A stretch of 64,000 bases of DNA from an uncultured Actinomycetota bacterium (GTDB taxonomy: Bacteria > Actinomycetota > Actinomycetes > Propionibacteriales > Nocardioidaceae). The first letter of the stretch is position 1. Each line of letters opens with the position of its first letter. This document shows, piece by piece, positions 43,877-55,971 of the stretch. Below the pieces are notes generated by a model, which was given only the letters and a program-made list of their open reading frames with translations, searched no databases and was not told the origin of the DNA. Location: positions 9,827 through 73,826 of the forward strand of contig CAVUNB010000015.1 in the NCBI GenBank assembly GCA_963742685.1. Reading direction: 5' to 3'. Made by a program: the position numbers and the translations under genes.

Positions 43877-44977
43877 GTGAGGAAGACGAAGAAGGCCGTC
43901 GTTGGCGGCATCGTGGCGCTGCTGGCGACCGCGACCCTGGCCGCGTGTGGCGACGCGCCCGAGGAGGAGAACGGCGGCAGCGGGACCGAGACGGAGGCCG
44001 CCCTCGACTTCACCCCCTGCATCGTCTCCGACGCGGGCGGGTTCGACGACAAGTCCTTCAACCAGCTCGGCTTCGAGGGTGCCACGCAGGCCGCCGAAGA
44101 GCTGGGTGTCGAGCTCATCCCCGTCGAGTCCAACAGCGAGAACGACTACGGCCCCAACCTGGAGGCTCTCGTCTCACAGGGCTGTGACGCCATCGTCACC
44201 GTCGGCTTCGCACTGTCGGCCGCCACCGTGGAGTCGGCCAAGGCCAACCCCGACATCGAGTACGTCCTCATCGACGACGCGGCGGACAACGACTTCGACG
44301 GCACCAAGGACGCGGACAACGTCAAGCCGCTGCTCTACAACACCGCCGAGGCCGCCTTCCTGGCCGGCTACGCCGCTGCCGACTACTCCAAGACCGGCGT
44401 CGTCGGCACCTACGGCGGCATGGAGTTCCCGACCGTCACGATCTTCATGGACGGCTTCAAGCAGGGCGCCGACTACTACGCCGAGGAGAACGGCAAGGAC
44501 ATCAAGGTCGTCGGCTGGAACGGCAAGACCGGCTCCTTCACCGGCGGCTTCGAGGCCAACGAGGCAGCCACCAGCACGGCTCGCCGCATCATCGACCAGG
44601 ACGCCGACGTGATCCTCCCGGTCGGCGGCCCGATCTACCAGGGTGCCCTGACCGCCATCGAGGACTCCGGCAAGGACGTCGTGATGCTCGGCGTCGACGC
44701 CGACGTCTACGAGACCGACCCGAACACCCAGGACGTCATCCTGACGTCGATCCTGAAGAACATGAAGGTCTCGACGTACGAGGCGATCATGGCCGCGGGC
44801 GAGGACACCTTCGACTTCGAGGCCTACGTCGGCACGCTCGAGAACGACGGCGTCGGTATCGCCCCGTTCCACAACTTCGAGGGCGAGGTCTCCCCGGAGC
44901 TCGCCGGCAAGCTCGACGAGGTCAAGGCCGGAATCATCGACGGCTCCATCAAGGTCACGTCCTACCTGGCTCCGTGA
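43877..44977 (+). CDS. BMP-family nucleoside ABC transporter substrate-binding lipoprotein
   Basis: LAAC lipobox, GGFDDKSFNQ, AAFLAGY, GVDAD; GGAGG RBS. Confidence 0.92.
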   Translation: MRKTKKAVVGGIVALLATATLAACGDAPEEENGGSGTETEAALDFTPCIVSDAGGFDDKSFNQLGFEGATQAAEELGVELIPVESNSENDYGPNLEALVSQGCDAIVTVGFALSAATVESAKANPDIEYVLIDDAADNDFDGTKDADNVKPLLYNTAEAAFLAGYAAADYSKTGVVGTYGGMEFPTVTIFMDGFKQGADYYAEENGKDIKVVGWNGKTGSFTGGFEANEAATSTARRIIDQDADVILPVGGPIYQGALTAIEDSGKDVVMLGVDADVYETDPNTQDVILTSILKNMKVSTYEAIMAAGEDTFDFEAYVGTLENDGVGIAPFHNFEGEVSPELAGKLDEVKAGIIDGSIKVTSYLAP

Positions 44978-44985
44978 CGAGAACA

Positions 44986-45058
44986 CTGACTTCGCACTGA
45001 AGTCAGGCATGTAGCTCCGCGCGAAGGGGGCCGGCTGAGAGTCGGCCCCCTTTGCGTG
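44986..45058 (+). terminator. Two intra-operon hairpins (terminator or mRNA stabiliser)
   Basis: ctgacttc-gcact-gaagtcag (44986-45006) and gcgaagggggccggc-tgaga-gtcggccccctttgc (45021-45055). Confidence 0.7.
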
Positions 45059-45093
45059 TCCCACGACACATCGCGTGAATAGGATGCCGTCCC

Positions 45094-46605
45094 ATGAAGC
45101 TCGTGCCTGCGAAACATCACCAAGCGATTCGGGTCGCTGGTCGCCAATGACCGGATCTCGCTCGAGGTGTTGCCCGGTGAGGTCCACTGCCTGCTGGGCG
45201 AGAACGGCGCCGGCAAGTCCACGCTGATGAACGTGCTCTACGGCCTCTACCAGGCGGACGAGGGCGAGATCGTGCTGGACGACGTGGTCCAGCACTTCGC
45301 CGGCCCCGGCGACGCCATGGCCGCCGGTATCGGCATGGTTCACCAGCACTTCATGCTGGTGCCGGTCTTCAGCGTCGCCGAGAACGTCATGCTCGGCAAC
45401 GAGTCGACCGGGTTCGCGGGCACCCTCGACACCGACGCCGCCCGCGAGCGGGTCCGTGAGATCTCCGAGCGCTTCGGGTTCCACGTCAACCCCGACGCCA
45501 TCGTCGAGGACCTACCGGTCGGCGTCCAGCAGCGGGTCGAGATCATCAAGGCGCTCTCGCGGGACGCGCAGGTGCTGGTCTTCGACGAGCCGACCGCGGT
45601 GCTCACGCCGCAGGAGACCGACGAGCTGATGGAGATCATGCGCCAGCTCAAGGAGGCCGGGAAGGCGATCGTCTTCATCACCCACAAGCTCCGTGAAGTG
45701 CGCGCCGTCGCCGACCGGATCACCGTGATCCGTCGTGGTGCCGTCGTCGGGGAGGCCTCGCCAACCGCGACCAACGCCGAGCTCGCCGCCCTCATGGTCG
45801 GACGTCCCGTCGAGCTCACGGTCCACAAGGATCTGCCCAAGCTCGGTGACGACGCGCTCGTCGTCAAGGACCTCCGCGTCGTCGATGCTCTCGGCCAGGT
45901 GCACCTCGACGGGATCAGCTTCTCCATCCGGGCCGGCGAGGTGCTCGCCGTCGCGGGCGTCCAGGGCAACGGCCAGACCGAGCTCACCGAGGCACTCCTC
46001 GGGCTCCAGGACCACGTCGAGGGCTCGATCACCCTCGACGGCGTGCAGTTCGTCGGAAAGTCCGTGCGGCACATCCTCGACGCCGGCGTCGGGTTCATCC
46101 CCGAGGACCGTCAGGCAGACGGGCTGGTCGGCGGCTTCACGATCGCCGAGAACCTCATGCTCAACCGCAGCTTCCGTTCGCCGTTCGTCCGCCTCGGTTC
46201 TCTGCGCACTGACGTGCTCGAGAAGTTCGCCGAGCAGAAGCTCAAGGAGTACGACGTCCGTGCTCCCGACATCCAGACCCACGCCGGCAAGCTCTCCGGA
46301 GGCAACCAGCAGAAGGTCGTGGTCGCTCGCGAGCTCTCGCGAGACCTGCGCCTGCTCGTCGCCGCCCAGCCCACGCGTGGCGTCGACGTCGGCTCCATCG
46401 AGTTCATCCACAAACAGATCGTGGCGACGCGCGACAGCGGGATCCCCGTCCTGGTCGTCTCCACCGAGCTCGACGAGGTCGTCGCCCTCGCCGACCGGAT
46501 CATGGTTCTCTACCGCGGGCAGGTGATCGGCATCGTGCCCGGCGACACCCCGCGCGAGACACTCGGACTGATGATGACCGGCGAGCGCCCGAAGGATGTG
46601 GTCGC

Positions 46606-46609
<4 letters not shown>
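45094..46609 (+). CDS. Nucleoside ABC transporter ATP-binding protein (CUT2 type); 1-nt frameshift near 45106
   Basis: Removing one C restores MKLVLRNITKRFG; GENGAGKST, DEPTAVL, LSGGNQQK, QPTRGVD. Confidence 0.9.
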
Positions 46610-47834
<1,225 letters not shown>

Positions 47835-47838
<4 letters not shown>

Positions 47839-49133
47839 GCACCACAGCCGCTCTGACCCCGACCCCGCACACGGCGGGGCCGGTCGTCGCCGTCGTGACG
47901 GTGGTGAGTCGCAAGACGCTGGTCATCTTCGCCGTGCTCACCGCGGCCCTGGCCGCGCTGGTGCTCCTGCGGGGAGAGTCCGGGGACGCGACGTTCCGGC
48001 TTGCAGCCGACACCGACTTCTTCCAGCTCCCCGAGGTGTCGATTCCGTCGGTTCCCGGCGCCTGGGCGCTCACCGTGGTCTGCGCACTCCTGACTGCCGA
48101 GTCGCTGCGCCGCTATCTCGCCAAGCTGCCGACCCCCGGGTGGGTCGTGGTGCTCTTCGCGGTGGCGTGGATGGTCGGCTTCCTCACCGAAGAGGCCTCG
48201 GGTGGTTCGCTGCCGGTGGTCGGGCTCCTGGCCGGCTCGCTGGCGCTGGCCGTGCCACTCGTGTTCGGCGCCCTCGGCGGCGTCCTCGGCGAGCGGGCCG
48301 GTGTCGTCAACATCGCCATCGACGGTCAGCTCCTCCTCGGCGCGTTCGCAGCGGCGATCGTGGGCTCGTCGACCGGCTCGCCCTGGGCCGGACTGATCGC
48401 TGCCATGCTCGCGGGCGCCCTGGTGGCGCTCATGCTCGGTGTCTTCGCCATCACCTATCTCGTCGACCAGGTGATCGTCGGCGTCGTGCTCAACGTGCTG
48501 ATCATCGGCCTGACCAGCTTTCTGTTCAGCCAGGTGCTGGCCCCCAACGCCGCCACCCTCAACTCGCCGCCGCGATTCCCACGGGTGCCGATCCCGCTGC
48601 TGGGCGACATCCCGCTGATCGGGCCGATCTTCTTCCGCCAGACCGTGGTGGTCTATCTGCTCTACATCGCGGTCGCGCTGGTGACGTTTGCGCTCTATCG
48701 CACCCGCTGGGGCCTGCGAGTGCGGGCCGTCGGCGAGCACCCCAAGGCCGCCGACACCGTCGGCATCAAGGTCAACCGCACCCGCTACCGCACCATCCTG
48801 CTAGCGGGCGCCGTCGCCGGCATGGGCGGCGCGTTCTACACCCTGGTCTCGGTGCCCCAGTTCAACCGCGAGATGACCGGCGGCGCCGGCTACATCGCCC
48901 TCGCGGCCGTCATCTTCGGCAAGTGGGACCCGATCCGGGCGACCCTGGCGGCACTGCTCTTCGGCTTCGCCTCCAACCTGCAGGGCGTGCTCGGTGTGCT
49001 GGGTGCGAGGGAACCTCTCCCCAGCCAGTTCATGCTGATGCTGCCCTACGTCATCACCATCGTGGCGGTGGCCGGTCTGGTCGGTCGCTCGCGACCCCCG
49101 GCAGCCGACGGCATCCCCTACCAGAAGGAATAG
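47835..49133 (+). CDS. Nucleoside ABC transporter permease 2
   Basis: ERAGVVNIAIDG, RAVGEHPKAADTVGI, GYIALAAVIFGKW. Confidence 0.92.
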
Positions 49134-49140
49134 CCCAAGA

Positions 49141-50337
49141 TCAGGCGCGGAGCGCGTCCACGGCCGCCTCGGCGAGCACGCGGGCACCGATGCAGGTCGC
49201 GCGCTCGTCCACGCGGAGGTTGCCCTGGTGGAGGTCGTAGGTCGGTCCACCCGGCGTACGGGTGCCGAGGCGGGCCATCGAGCCGGGGATCCGGTCGAGG
49301 TACCAGCCGAAGTCCTCGCCGCCCAGGCTCTGGGTCGTGGACACGTGACCGTGAGCACCGAGCACCCGCTCGACGGCCCCGGCCAGGATGGCCGTGGCCG
49401 CGCCGTCGTTGACGACGGGCGGCACGCCGCGCTGATAGGTGACCTCCGCGGAGACGCCGTACGGCGCGACGATCTGGCCGACCAGGGTGCGGACGATGTG
49501 CTCGGCGTCGGCCCAGGCGACCGCGTCGAGCATGCGCACCGTGCCGGCGAGCGTGCCCCGGCCGGGGATCACGTTGGCGGCGGCCCCGGCCTGGACCATG
49601 CCCCACACCAGGCTGACGCCGGCGCGCGGGTCGAGGCGGCGACTGAGGATGGCGGGCAGCTCGGTGATCAGCTTGCCGAGGGCGAAGGTGAGGTCCTCGG
49701 TGAGGTGCGGGCGACTGGTGTGCCCGCCCTTGCCACCGAGCCGCACGAACAGCGAGTCGGCAGCGCCGGTGAGCGGCCCCTCGCGCAGCCCGAGGCTGCC
49801 CACGTCGAGGCTGGGGTCGCAGTGCAGGCCGAAGACCTGGTGCACGTCGTCGAGGGCGCCGGCCTGGATCAGGTGCAGCGCTCCCCCGGGCATGATCTCC
49901 TCGGCCGGCTGGAAGAGCAGGCGCACGCGACCCTCCAGGAGGCCGCTCGTGTGCACCTCGTTGAGGGCGAGTGCCGCCCCCACCAGCCCGGCCGTGTGCA
50001 CGTCATGGCCACAGGCGTGCGCCACGCCGGGAACCGTGCTGGTCCAGGGGTCGATGGTGAGGTCATCGACCGGCAGGGCGTCGAGGTCGGCCCGCAGTGC
50101 GACCCGGCGCTCCCCGGTCCCGATCTCGCAGATGAGGCCGCCGCCGGCGATCGGGTCGACGTTCCAATCGGTGTCCGCGAGGGCCTCGATCACCTTCTCC
50201 GTGGTGCGCGACTCGGTCCACGCGAGCTCGGGGTGGGCGTGGAGGTCGCGGCGGAAGTCGATCAGCTGGTCGGTGTACTTGTCGACGACGGTGGTGATCA
50301 GCGTGGTCGGCGAGTCGCCTGCGGAGGTGTCGGACAT
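49141..50337 (-). CDS. M20 family amidohydrolase (AmiA1-like)
   Basis: HAHPEL, RADLDAL, HACGHD, FQPAEE, GEDF, LH. Confidence 0.92.
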   Translation of the reverse strand: MSDTSAGDSPTTLITTVVDKYTDQLIDFRRDLHAHPELAWTESRTTEKVIEALADTDWNVDPIAGGGLICEIGTGERRVALRADLDALPVDDLTIDPWTSTVPGVAHACGHDVHTAGLVGAALALNEVHTSGLLEGRVRLLFQPAEEIMPGGALHLIQAGALDDVHQVFGLHCDPSLDVGSLGLREGPLTGAADSLFVRLGGKGGHTSRPHLTEDLTFALGKLITELPAILSRRLDPRAGVSLVWGMVQAGAAANVIPGRGTLAGTVRMLDAVAWADAEHIVRTLVGQIVAPYGVSAEVTYQRGVPPVVNDGAATAILAGAVERVLGAHGHVSTTQSLGGEDFGWYLDRIPGSMARLGTRTPGGPTYDLHQGNLRVDERATCIGARVLAEAAVDALRA

Positions 50338-50467
50338 GATCTCCCCAGCGTAGTTGAGCCGATGCCGCAGATCGGGCGCATACCGAATGGCGGACTGGGT
50401 GCTCATTCTCGGTCGTCGTGGCGACGGGGTGCGGCGCTCCGCCACCGCGGGGGTGGCAGATGTTCTT

Positions 50468-51472
50468 CTAGCGCTGGTCGTAGGCCGCGAGGATGCGGTC
50501 GGCGGCCATCGGAGCGGCCAGCTCGCCGGACAGCACGGCGGCGCGTACGTCGTCGCGGATCGCCGCGACGCCCGGTGACCGGCGCAGGCGCTGGGCGAGC
50601 TCGTCGCGCACGAGCGCCCAGGTGAAGTCGAGCTGCTGGCCGGCGCGCTTCTGCGCGAGTCCGTCCGTGCCGAGGTGCTCGCGGTGGGCCAGCACGCGCG
50701 CCCAGACCTCGTCGACGCCGACGTCGTTGAGGGCCGAGCAGGTGACGACGGGCGGAGCCCACTCGCCGTGGCCGCGGACGAGGCGCAGTGCGCCGGCGAG
50801 CTCGCGGGCGGCGCCCCGGGCCTCCTGCTCACGATCACCGTCGGCCTTGTTGACCGTGATGACGTCGGCGATCTCGAGGATGCCCTTCTTGATGCCCTGC
50901 AGCTGGTCGCCGGTGCGGGCGAGGGTGAGGAAGAGGAAGGTGTCGACCATACCGGCGACCGTGACCTCGGACTGGCCGACGCCGACGGTCTCGACGAGCA
51001 CGACGTCGTAGCCGGCGGCCTCGAGCACCAGCATCGCCTGCGTCGTCGCGCGCGCGACGCCGCCGAGGGTGCCGGCCGACGGGGACGGCCGGATGAAGGC
51101 GTCGGGGTCGACAGAGAGGCGAGCCATCCGGGTCTTGTCGCCCAGCACCGATCCACCCGTGCGCACGGAGGACGGGTCGACCGCGAGCACGCCGACGCGG
51201 TGCCCGGCAGCGGTCAGCTGCGAACCGAGTGCCTCGATGAAGGTGGACTTGCCGACGCCGGGGACGCCGGAGATGCCGACCCGGATCGCCGCGCCTTCGG
51301 TGGTTGAGGTGCGAGCGGAGCGAGCCTCGAAACCCGCGAGCTCACTCAACAGCTCGCGCGCCAGCACCCGGTGCTCCGGCTTGGACGACTCGACGAGCGT
51401 GATCGCGCGCGAGACCGCCGCACGTTGCCGGGAGCGGATGCCCTCGACGAGGGTCGGGACGTCAGGCGTCAC
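50468..51472 (-). CDS. meaB: Methylmalonyl-CoA mutase-associated GTPase
   Basis: [34 protein letters not shown]. Confidence 0.95.
   Translation of the reverse strand: MTPDVPTLVEGIRSRQRAAVSRAITLVESSKPEHRVLARELLSELAGFEARSARTSTTEGAAIRVGISGVPGVGKSTFIEALGSQLTAAGHRVGVLAVDPSSVRTGGSVLGDKTRMARLSVDPDAFIRPSPSAGTLGGVARATTQAMLVLEAAGYDVVLVETVGVGQSEVTVAGMVDTFLFLTLARTGDQLQGIKKGILEIADVITVNKADGDREQEARGAARELAGALRLVRGHGEWAPPVVTCSALNDVGVDEVWARVLAHREHLGTDGLAQKRAGQQLDFTWALVRDELAQRLRRSPGVAAIRDDVRAAVLSGELAAPMAADRILAAYDQR
51302..51334. repeat. Palindromic REP-like element in frame within meaB
   Basis: GGTTGAGGTGCGAGCGGAGCGAGCCTCGAAACC, 33 bp = 11 codons ([11 protein letters not shown]). Confidence 0.7.
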
Positions 51473-53632
51473 GAAGTCGCGCCAGCAGGTCGAGCGCCGA
51501 GTCGGCGATCACCGTGCCCGGCAGGAACACCGCGGCGGCACCCATGTCCTTGAGCGTCTGCACGTCGTCGGGCGGGATGACGCCGCCGATCACGATCATG
51601 ATGTCCGGGCGGCCCTGGTCGGCCAGCGCCTGCTTGAGGGCGGGCAGCAGGGTCAGGTGGCCGGCCGCGAGCGAGGAGACCCCGACGATGTGGACGTCGG
51701 CGTCGACCGCCTGCTGGGCGACCTCCTCGGGCGTGGAGAACAGCGGGCCCACGTCGACGTCGAAGCCGAGGTCGGCGAACGCGGTGACCACGACCTTCTG
51801 GCCTCGGTCGTGGCCGTCCTGGCCCATCTTGGCGACCAGGATGCGCGGGCGGCGCCCCTCTTCGGCCTCGAACTCGTCGGTGGCAGCAAGCACCTCGGCG
51901 ACCTTGCCGCCGGCGCCGCTGTCGGCCTCGTCGCGATACACGCCGCTGATCGTACGGATCACGGCCTGGTGCCGGCCGTAGACCTTCTCGAGCGCGTCCG
52001 AGATCTCGCCGACGGTCGCCTTGGCCCGGGCCGCGTCGACCGCGAGCGCGAGCAGGTTGCCCTCGAGCGAGCCACCTCCGACCGCCCCGGCCTCGGCCGA
52101 CTTCGTGAGCGCGTCCAGCGTGCGGCGTACGTCGTCGTCGTTGCGCTCGGCGCGCAGCCGCTCGAGCTTGGCGATCTGCTGGCGATAGACGTCGTCGTTG
52201 TCGACGCGCAGCACGTCGAGCTTGTCCTCCACGGGGAGGCGGAACGTGTTGACGCCGATCACCTTCTGCGAGCCGGCGTCGATGCGTGCCTGGGTGCGGG
52301 CCGCCGCCTCCTCGATGCGCATCTTGGGGATGCCCTGCTCGATCGCCTTGGCCATGCCGCCGGCCTGCTCGGCCTCGAGGATGTGCGCCCACGCGCGCTC
52401 GGCGAGGTCGTGGGTGAGCCGCTCGACGTAGTAGGAGCCGGCCCACGGGTCGATGATCTCGGTCGTGCCGCGACTCCTGCTGGAGCAGCAGCTGGGTGTT
52501 GCGGGCGATGCGGGCCGAGAAGTCGGTCGGCAGCGCGATCGCCTCGTCGAGGGCGTTGGTGTGCAGCGACTGGGTGTGGCCCTGCGTCGCGGCCATCGCC
52601 TCGATGCAGGTGCGACCGACGTTGTTGAACACGTCCTGCGCTGTCAGCGACCAGCCGGAGGTCTGCGAGTGCGTGCGCAGGGAGAGCGACTTGGGGTTCT
52701 TCGGGTCGAAGTCGCGCACGAGGCGTGCCCACAGCGCCCGAGCGGCGCGCATCTTGGCGATCTCCATGTAGAAGTTCATGCCGATGGCCCAGAAGAAGCT
52801 CAGGCGCGGCGCGAACTGGTCGATCGTCATGCCTGTGGCGAGGCCGGCGCGGATGTACTCGACGCCGTCGGCCAGCGTGTAGGCGAGCTCCAGGTCGGCC
52901 GTCGCTCCGGCCTCCTGGATGTGATAGCCGGAGATCGAGATCGAGTTGAAGCGCGGCATCTTCTGCGACGTGAACGCGAAGATGTCGCTGATGATCCGCA
53001 TGCTCGGCGCCGGCGGGTAGATGTAGGTGTTGCGGACCATGAACTCCTTGAGGATGTCGTTCTGGATCGTCCCCGCGAGCAGCTAAGGCTTCACCCCCTG
53101 CTCCTCGGCCGCCGCGATGTAGAGGGCCAGGACGGGCAGCACGGCGCCGTTCATGGTCATCGACACCGACATCTCGTCGAGCGGGATCCCGTCGAAGAGC
53201 GTGCGGGTGTCGTAGATCGAGTCGATCGCGACACCGGCCATGCCCACGTCACCGCGAACGCGCGGGTGGTCGGAGTCGTAGCCGCGGTGCGTCGCCAGGT
53301 CGAAGGCGACACTCAGGCCCTTCTGGCCGGCCGCGAGGTTGCGCCGGTAGAACGCGTTGGACTCCTCGGCGGTCGAGAAGCCGGCGTACTGACGCACCGT
53401 CCACGGCTGCGTGGTGTACATCGTGGGATAGGGCCCGCGCAGGAACGGCGCGAGGCCGGGCCAGGTGTCGAGCGCGTCCAGGCCGTCGACGTGCTCGGGG
53501 CCGTAGAGCCGGCAGGATGTCGATGCCCTCGGGACTCCCCCAGGCGTCGCGCCCCGCCGCTGGTTGAGCAGCCGAGGAACGAGGCGTGTCGGAACCAAGG
53601 CTGAGGTCCGCAAAGTTGTCCGGGATGCTCAT
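51462..53632 (-). CDS. mutB: Methylmalonyl-CoA mutase large subunit; frameshifts near 53510 and 52470, in-frame TAG at 53083-53085
   Basis: [36 protein letters not shown]12 motif [13 protein letters not shown]. Confidence 0.9.
53561..53596. repeat. Second REP-like element in frame within the mutB N-terminus
   Basis: TGGTTGAGCAGCCGAGGAACGAGGCGTGTCGGAACC, 36 bp = [12 protein letters not shown]; termini match the element at 51302. Confidence 0.62.
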
Positions 53633-55398
53633 GCCAGCTTCTCCCTCGTCGTCGTCAGGAAGGTCAGCGCGTTGACGCCCATCGCGCACGAGTCGTCGAC
53701 GCCCTCGCCCCCGACTGCATCCGGCTTCCCGGCGATGATCACGTGCGTGGCGCCCGCGGCGCGCAGGGCCGTGACGAGGGCGGTGCCCCATTCGGCGTAC
53801 GCCGCATCGGGTCCTGCGAGACAGACGACCTCTTCGCCGTTGTACGCCGCCAGCACGGACTCGACGCCGTCGGTCGGTCCGGCCAGCGCGACGGCGACCC
53901 CGCCCGCGGCGAACAGGTTGGTGGCGAACGTGGCACGTGCGGTGTGGGCCGCGACGGTGCCCATGGTGGCGAGGAACACCGGCGAGGTGGCCGGGTCGTC
54001 GCGCAGCGCCTCGAACGCGTGGCCGTAGCGGCGGACGTCGTCACCGATCGGGGACGCGAGGCGCTCGGGCAGCTGCTCGCCGAGGTTGGGGAACTCGCTC
54101 ACCCCGGTCAGCGGCCGCTTGCGCAGGGCGACCTGTTCGTCGCGGACAGCGGCAACCGACGCGATGCGAGCGGCGAGGTCACCGTCTGCGGCCAGCCCAC
54201 CGGCGGCCTCGATCTTCTGGAACTCCGCCCAGCCCGCGATCGCGAGGTCGTCGGTCAGCTTCTCGACGGCGTAGGAACCACCGGCAGGATCGGCGACGCG
54301 AGCGAGGTGCGACTCGGAGATCAGCAGGGAAGAGGTGTTGCGGGCGATCCGACGGCCGAGCGCATCGGGCAGGCCGAGCGGCTCGTCGAACGGGATCACC
54401 GTGACCGCCTCGGCGCCACCGACGCCGGCGGCAAAGGCGGCGACCGTGCCGCGGAGCATGTTGACCCAGGGGTCGTACTTGCTCATCTGCGGCCGCGACG
54501 TGACGGCGTGCTGGCGCATCTCGACGCCGCCGGCCTCGCTCAGCTCCAGCACGCGGGTCCACAGCCGGCGCGCGGCGCGCAGCTTGGCGATGGAGGGGAA
54601 CTGCTCGTCGGTGACGGCCAGCCGGAACTCGATGACCGCGGCGGCCTGCTCGGCCGTGAAACCGGCCCCGGTCAGCGCGCGCAGTGCGACGACGCCGGCC
54701 GCGATCGCGACGCCGAGCTCCTGGGCGTCGCTGGCGCCCTGCTCGTGGACGGGCAGTCCGGACGCGACGACGCCGAGCACACCGTGCTGGCGGGCGAGCG
54801 TGGCGATCTCGACGAGGTCGTCGGCGAGCGGGTCGGCGCCGAAGTTGGTGCCGGGGTGCAGGTCGACGCCGGTGTCGTCGGCGAGGGTGACGAGCGCCCG
54901 GGCGGCGGCGGTCGAGGAGCCGGACAGGATCACCGGGGCCAGGTCGAGCAGCACGCCCTGCAGGGCGCGCGGCAGGTCGTCGACGTCGAGGCCGGCGCCG
55001 AGCTCGACCCACAACGAGGTCGCGCCGTTGTCGAGGTCGATCAGCACGGCCTCGTTGGCCACCGCCGCGTCGGGGCCGCTGATGTGGGCGCGGATGTCCC
55101 AGTCGGTGGCGCGGGTCGGACGCCCCTGGGTCACGAGCCCGTCGAGGTCCGCGGCAGCACCGATCGGGGCAACCGCGATGCCGTCGAGGGTGGTCCGGGT
55201 GAGCCTGGCCCACACGTCCGAGTCGGGGTCGTCATCGCCCAGCTTGCGGCTCTTGCGCAGGACCGCGGCCGTGGCCGCCTCCCACGCGGCCACGTCGTAG
55301 TGGTCGTCGGGCGATGCCAGTCGGAGCGAGCCCTGTGCAGGCTCCAGCTCCTCGGGCTCGGTGAGGCCACCCTCAAGATTGGCGGGGACATCGGTCAT
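53629..55398 (-). CDS. mutA: Methylmalonyl-CoA mutase small subunit
   Basis: IAKLRAARRLW, DPWVNMLR, RRIARN, DPAGGSYAVE, GVSEFPN; no DXHXXG motif. Confidence 0.9.
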   Translation of the reverse strand: MTDVPANLEGGLTEPEELEPAQGSLRLASPDDHYDVAAWEAATAAVLRKSRKLGDDDPDSDVWARLTRTTLDGIAVAPIGAAADLDGLVTQGRPTRATDWDIRAHISGPDAAVANEAVLIDLDNGATSLWVELGAGLDVDDLPRALQGVLLDLAPVILSGSSTAAARALVTLADDTGVDLHPGTNFGADPLADDLVEIATLARQHGVLGVVASGLPVHEQGASDAQELGVAIAAGVVALRALTGAGFTAEQAAAVIEFRLAVTDEQFPSIAKLRAARRLWTRVLELSEAGGVEMRQHAVTSRPQMSKYDPWVNMLRGTVAAFAAGVGGAEAVTVIPFDEPLGLPDALGRRIARNTSSLLISESHLARVADPAGGSYAVEKLTDDLAIAGWAEFQKIEAAGGLAADGDLAARIASVAAVRDEQVALRKRPLTGVSEFPNLGEQLPERLASPIGDDVRRYGHAFEALRDDPATSPVFLATMGTVAAHTARATFATNLFAAGGVAVALAGPTDGVESVLAAYNGEEVVCLAGPDAAYAEWGTALVTALRAAGATHVIIAGKPDAVGGEGVDDSCAMGVNALTFLTTTREKLA

Positions 55399-55457
55399 GC
55401 TGGGCAGGATAGGCCCGACACCGCGGCCAACGCCCGGGGTGGACTATGGCATTCGTC

Positions 55458-55841
55458 TCACGAGCCCGCGCCGGCCGACCAGTCGGGCAGCTGCTGGAGC
55501 GCCCACCGGTTGCCATCAGGGTCGGCGAAGCCGACGAAGCGTCCCCACGCGAGGTCCTGCACGTCGCTCACCTCGACTCCCCGCTCCTTCAGCTCGGCGT
55601 GCGTGGCGTCGGCGTCCGCGATCACGATCTGCAGGTTGTCGAGGGAACCGGGCTCCATCTCGGTGAGCCCGCGGCCGATCGCGATCGAGCAGGCCGACCC
55701 GGGCGGGGTCAGCTGCACGAACCTGACCTCGTCACTCACCGTCTGGTCGTGATCGACGTTGAAGCCGACCTTCTCGTAGAACGCCTTGGCCACGTCGACG
55801 TCGGTCACGGGCACCATGATCAATTCCAGCTTCATGTCCAT
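55458..55841 (-). CDS. VOC/glyoxalase family protein
   Basis: VPVTDVDVAKAFY, VQLTPPGSACSI, FADPDGNRW. Confidence 0.9.
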   Translation of the reverse strand: MDMKLELIMVPVTDVDVAKAFYEKVGFNVDHDQTVSDEVRFVQLTPPGSACSIAIGRGLTEMEPGSLDNLQIVIADADATHAELKERGVEVSDVQDLAWGRFVGFADPDGNRWALQQLPDWSAGAGS

Positions 55842-55971
55842 GGCCCCACGCTAGAACGAAATGCGGACGGTTGCAGTCCGCTGGTGCCGCGATCCGAGCC
55901 TTCACCCGCAGTTCCGCGGCCGTTGGCCGCGACGACGGCTGCGTGCGGCACCGGTGAACGAGCCTGTCGGC

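Noticed and set aside
53083-53085. In-frame TAG in mutB as possible pyrrolysine or readthrough recoding
   Set aside because: It is one substitution from GAG at a variable position, the gene has two other indels, and no pyl genes are seen. Error or mutation is simpler.
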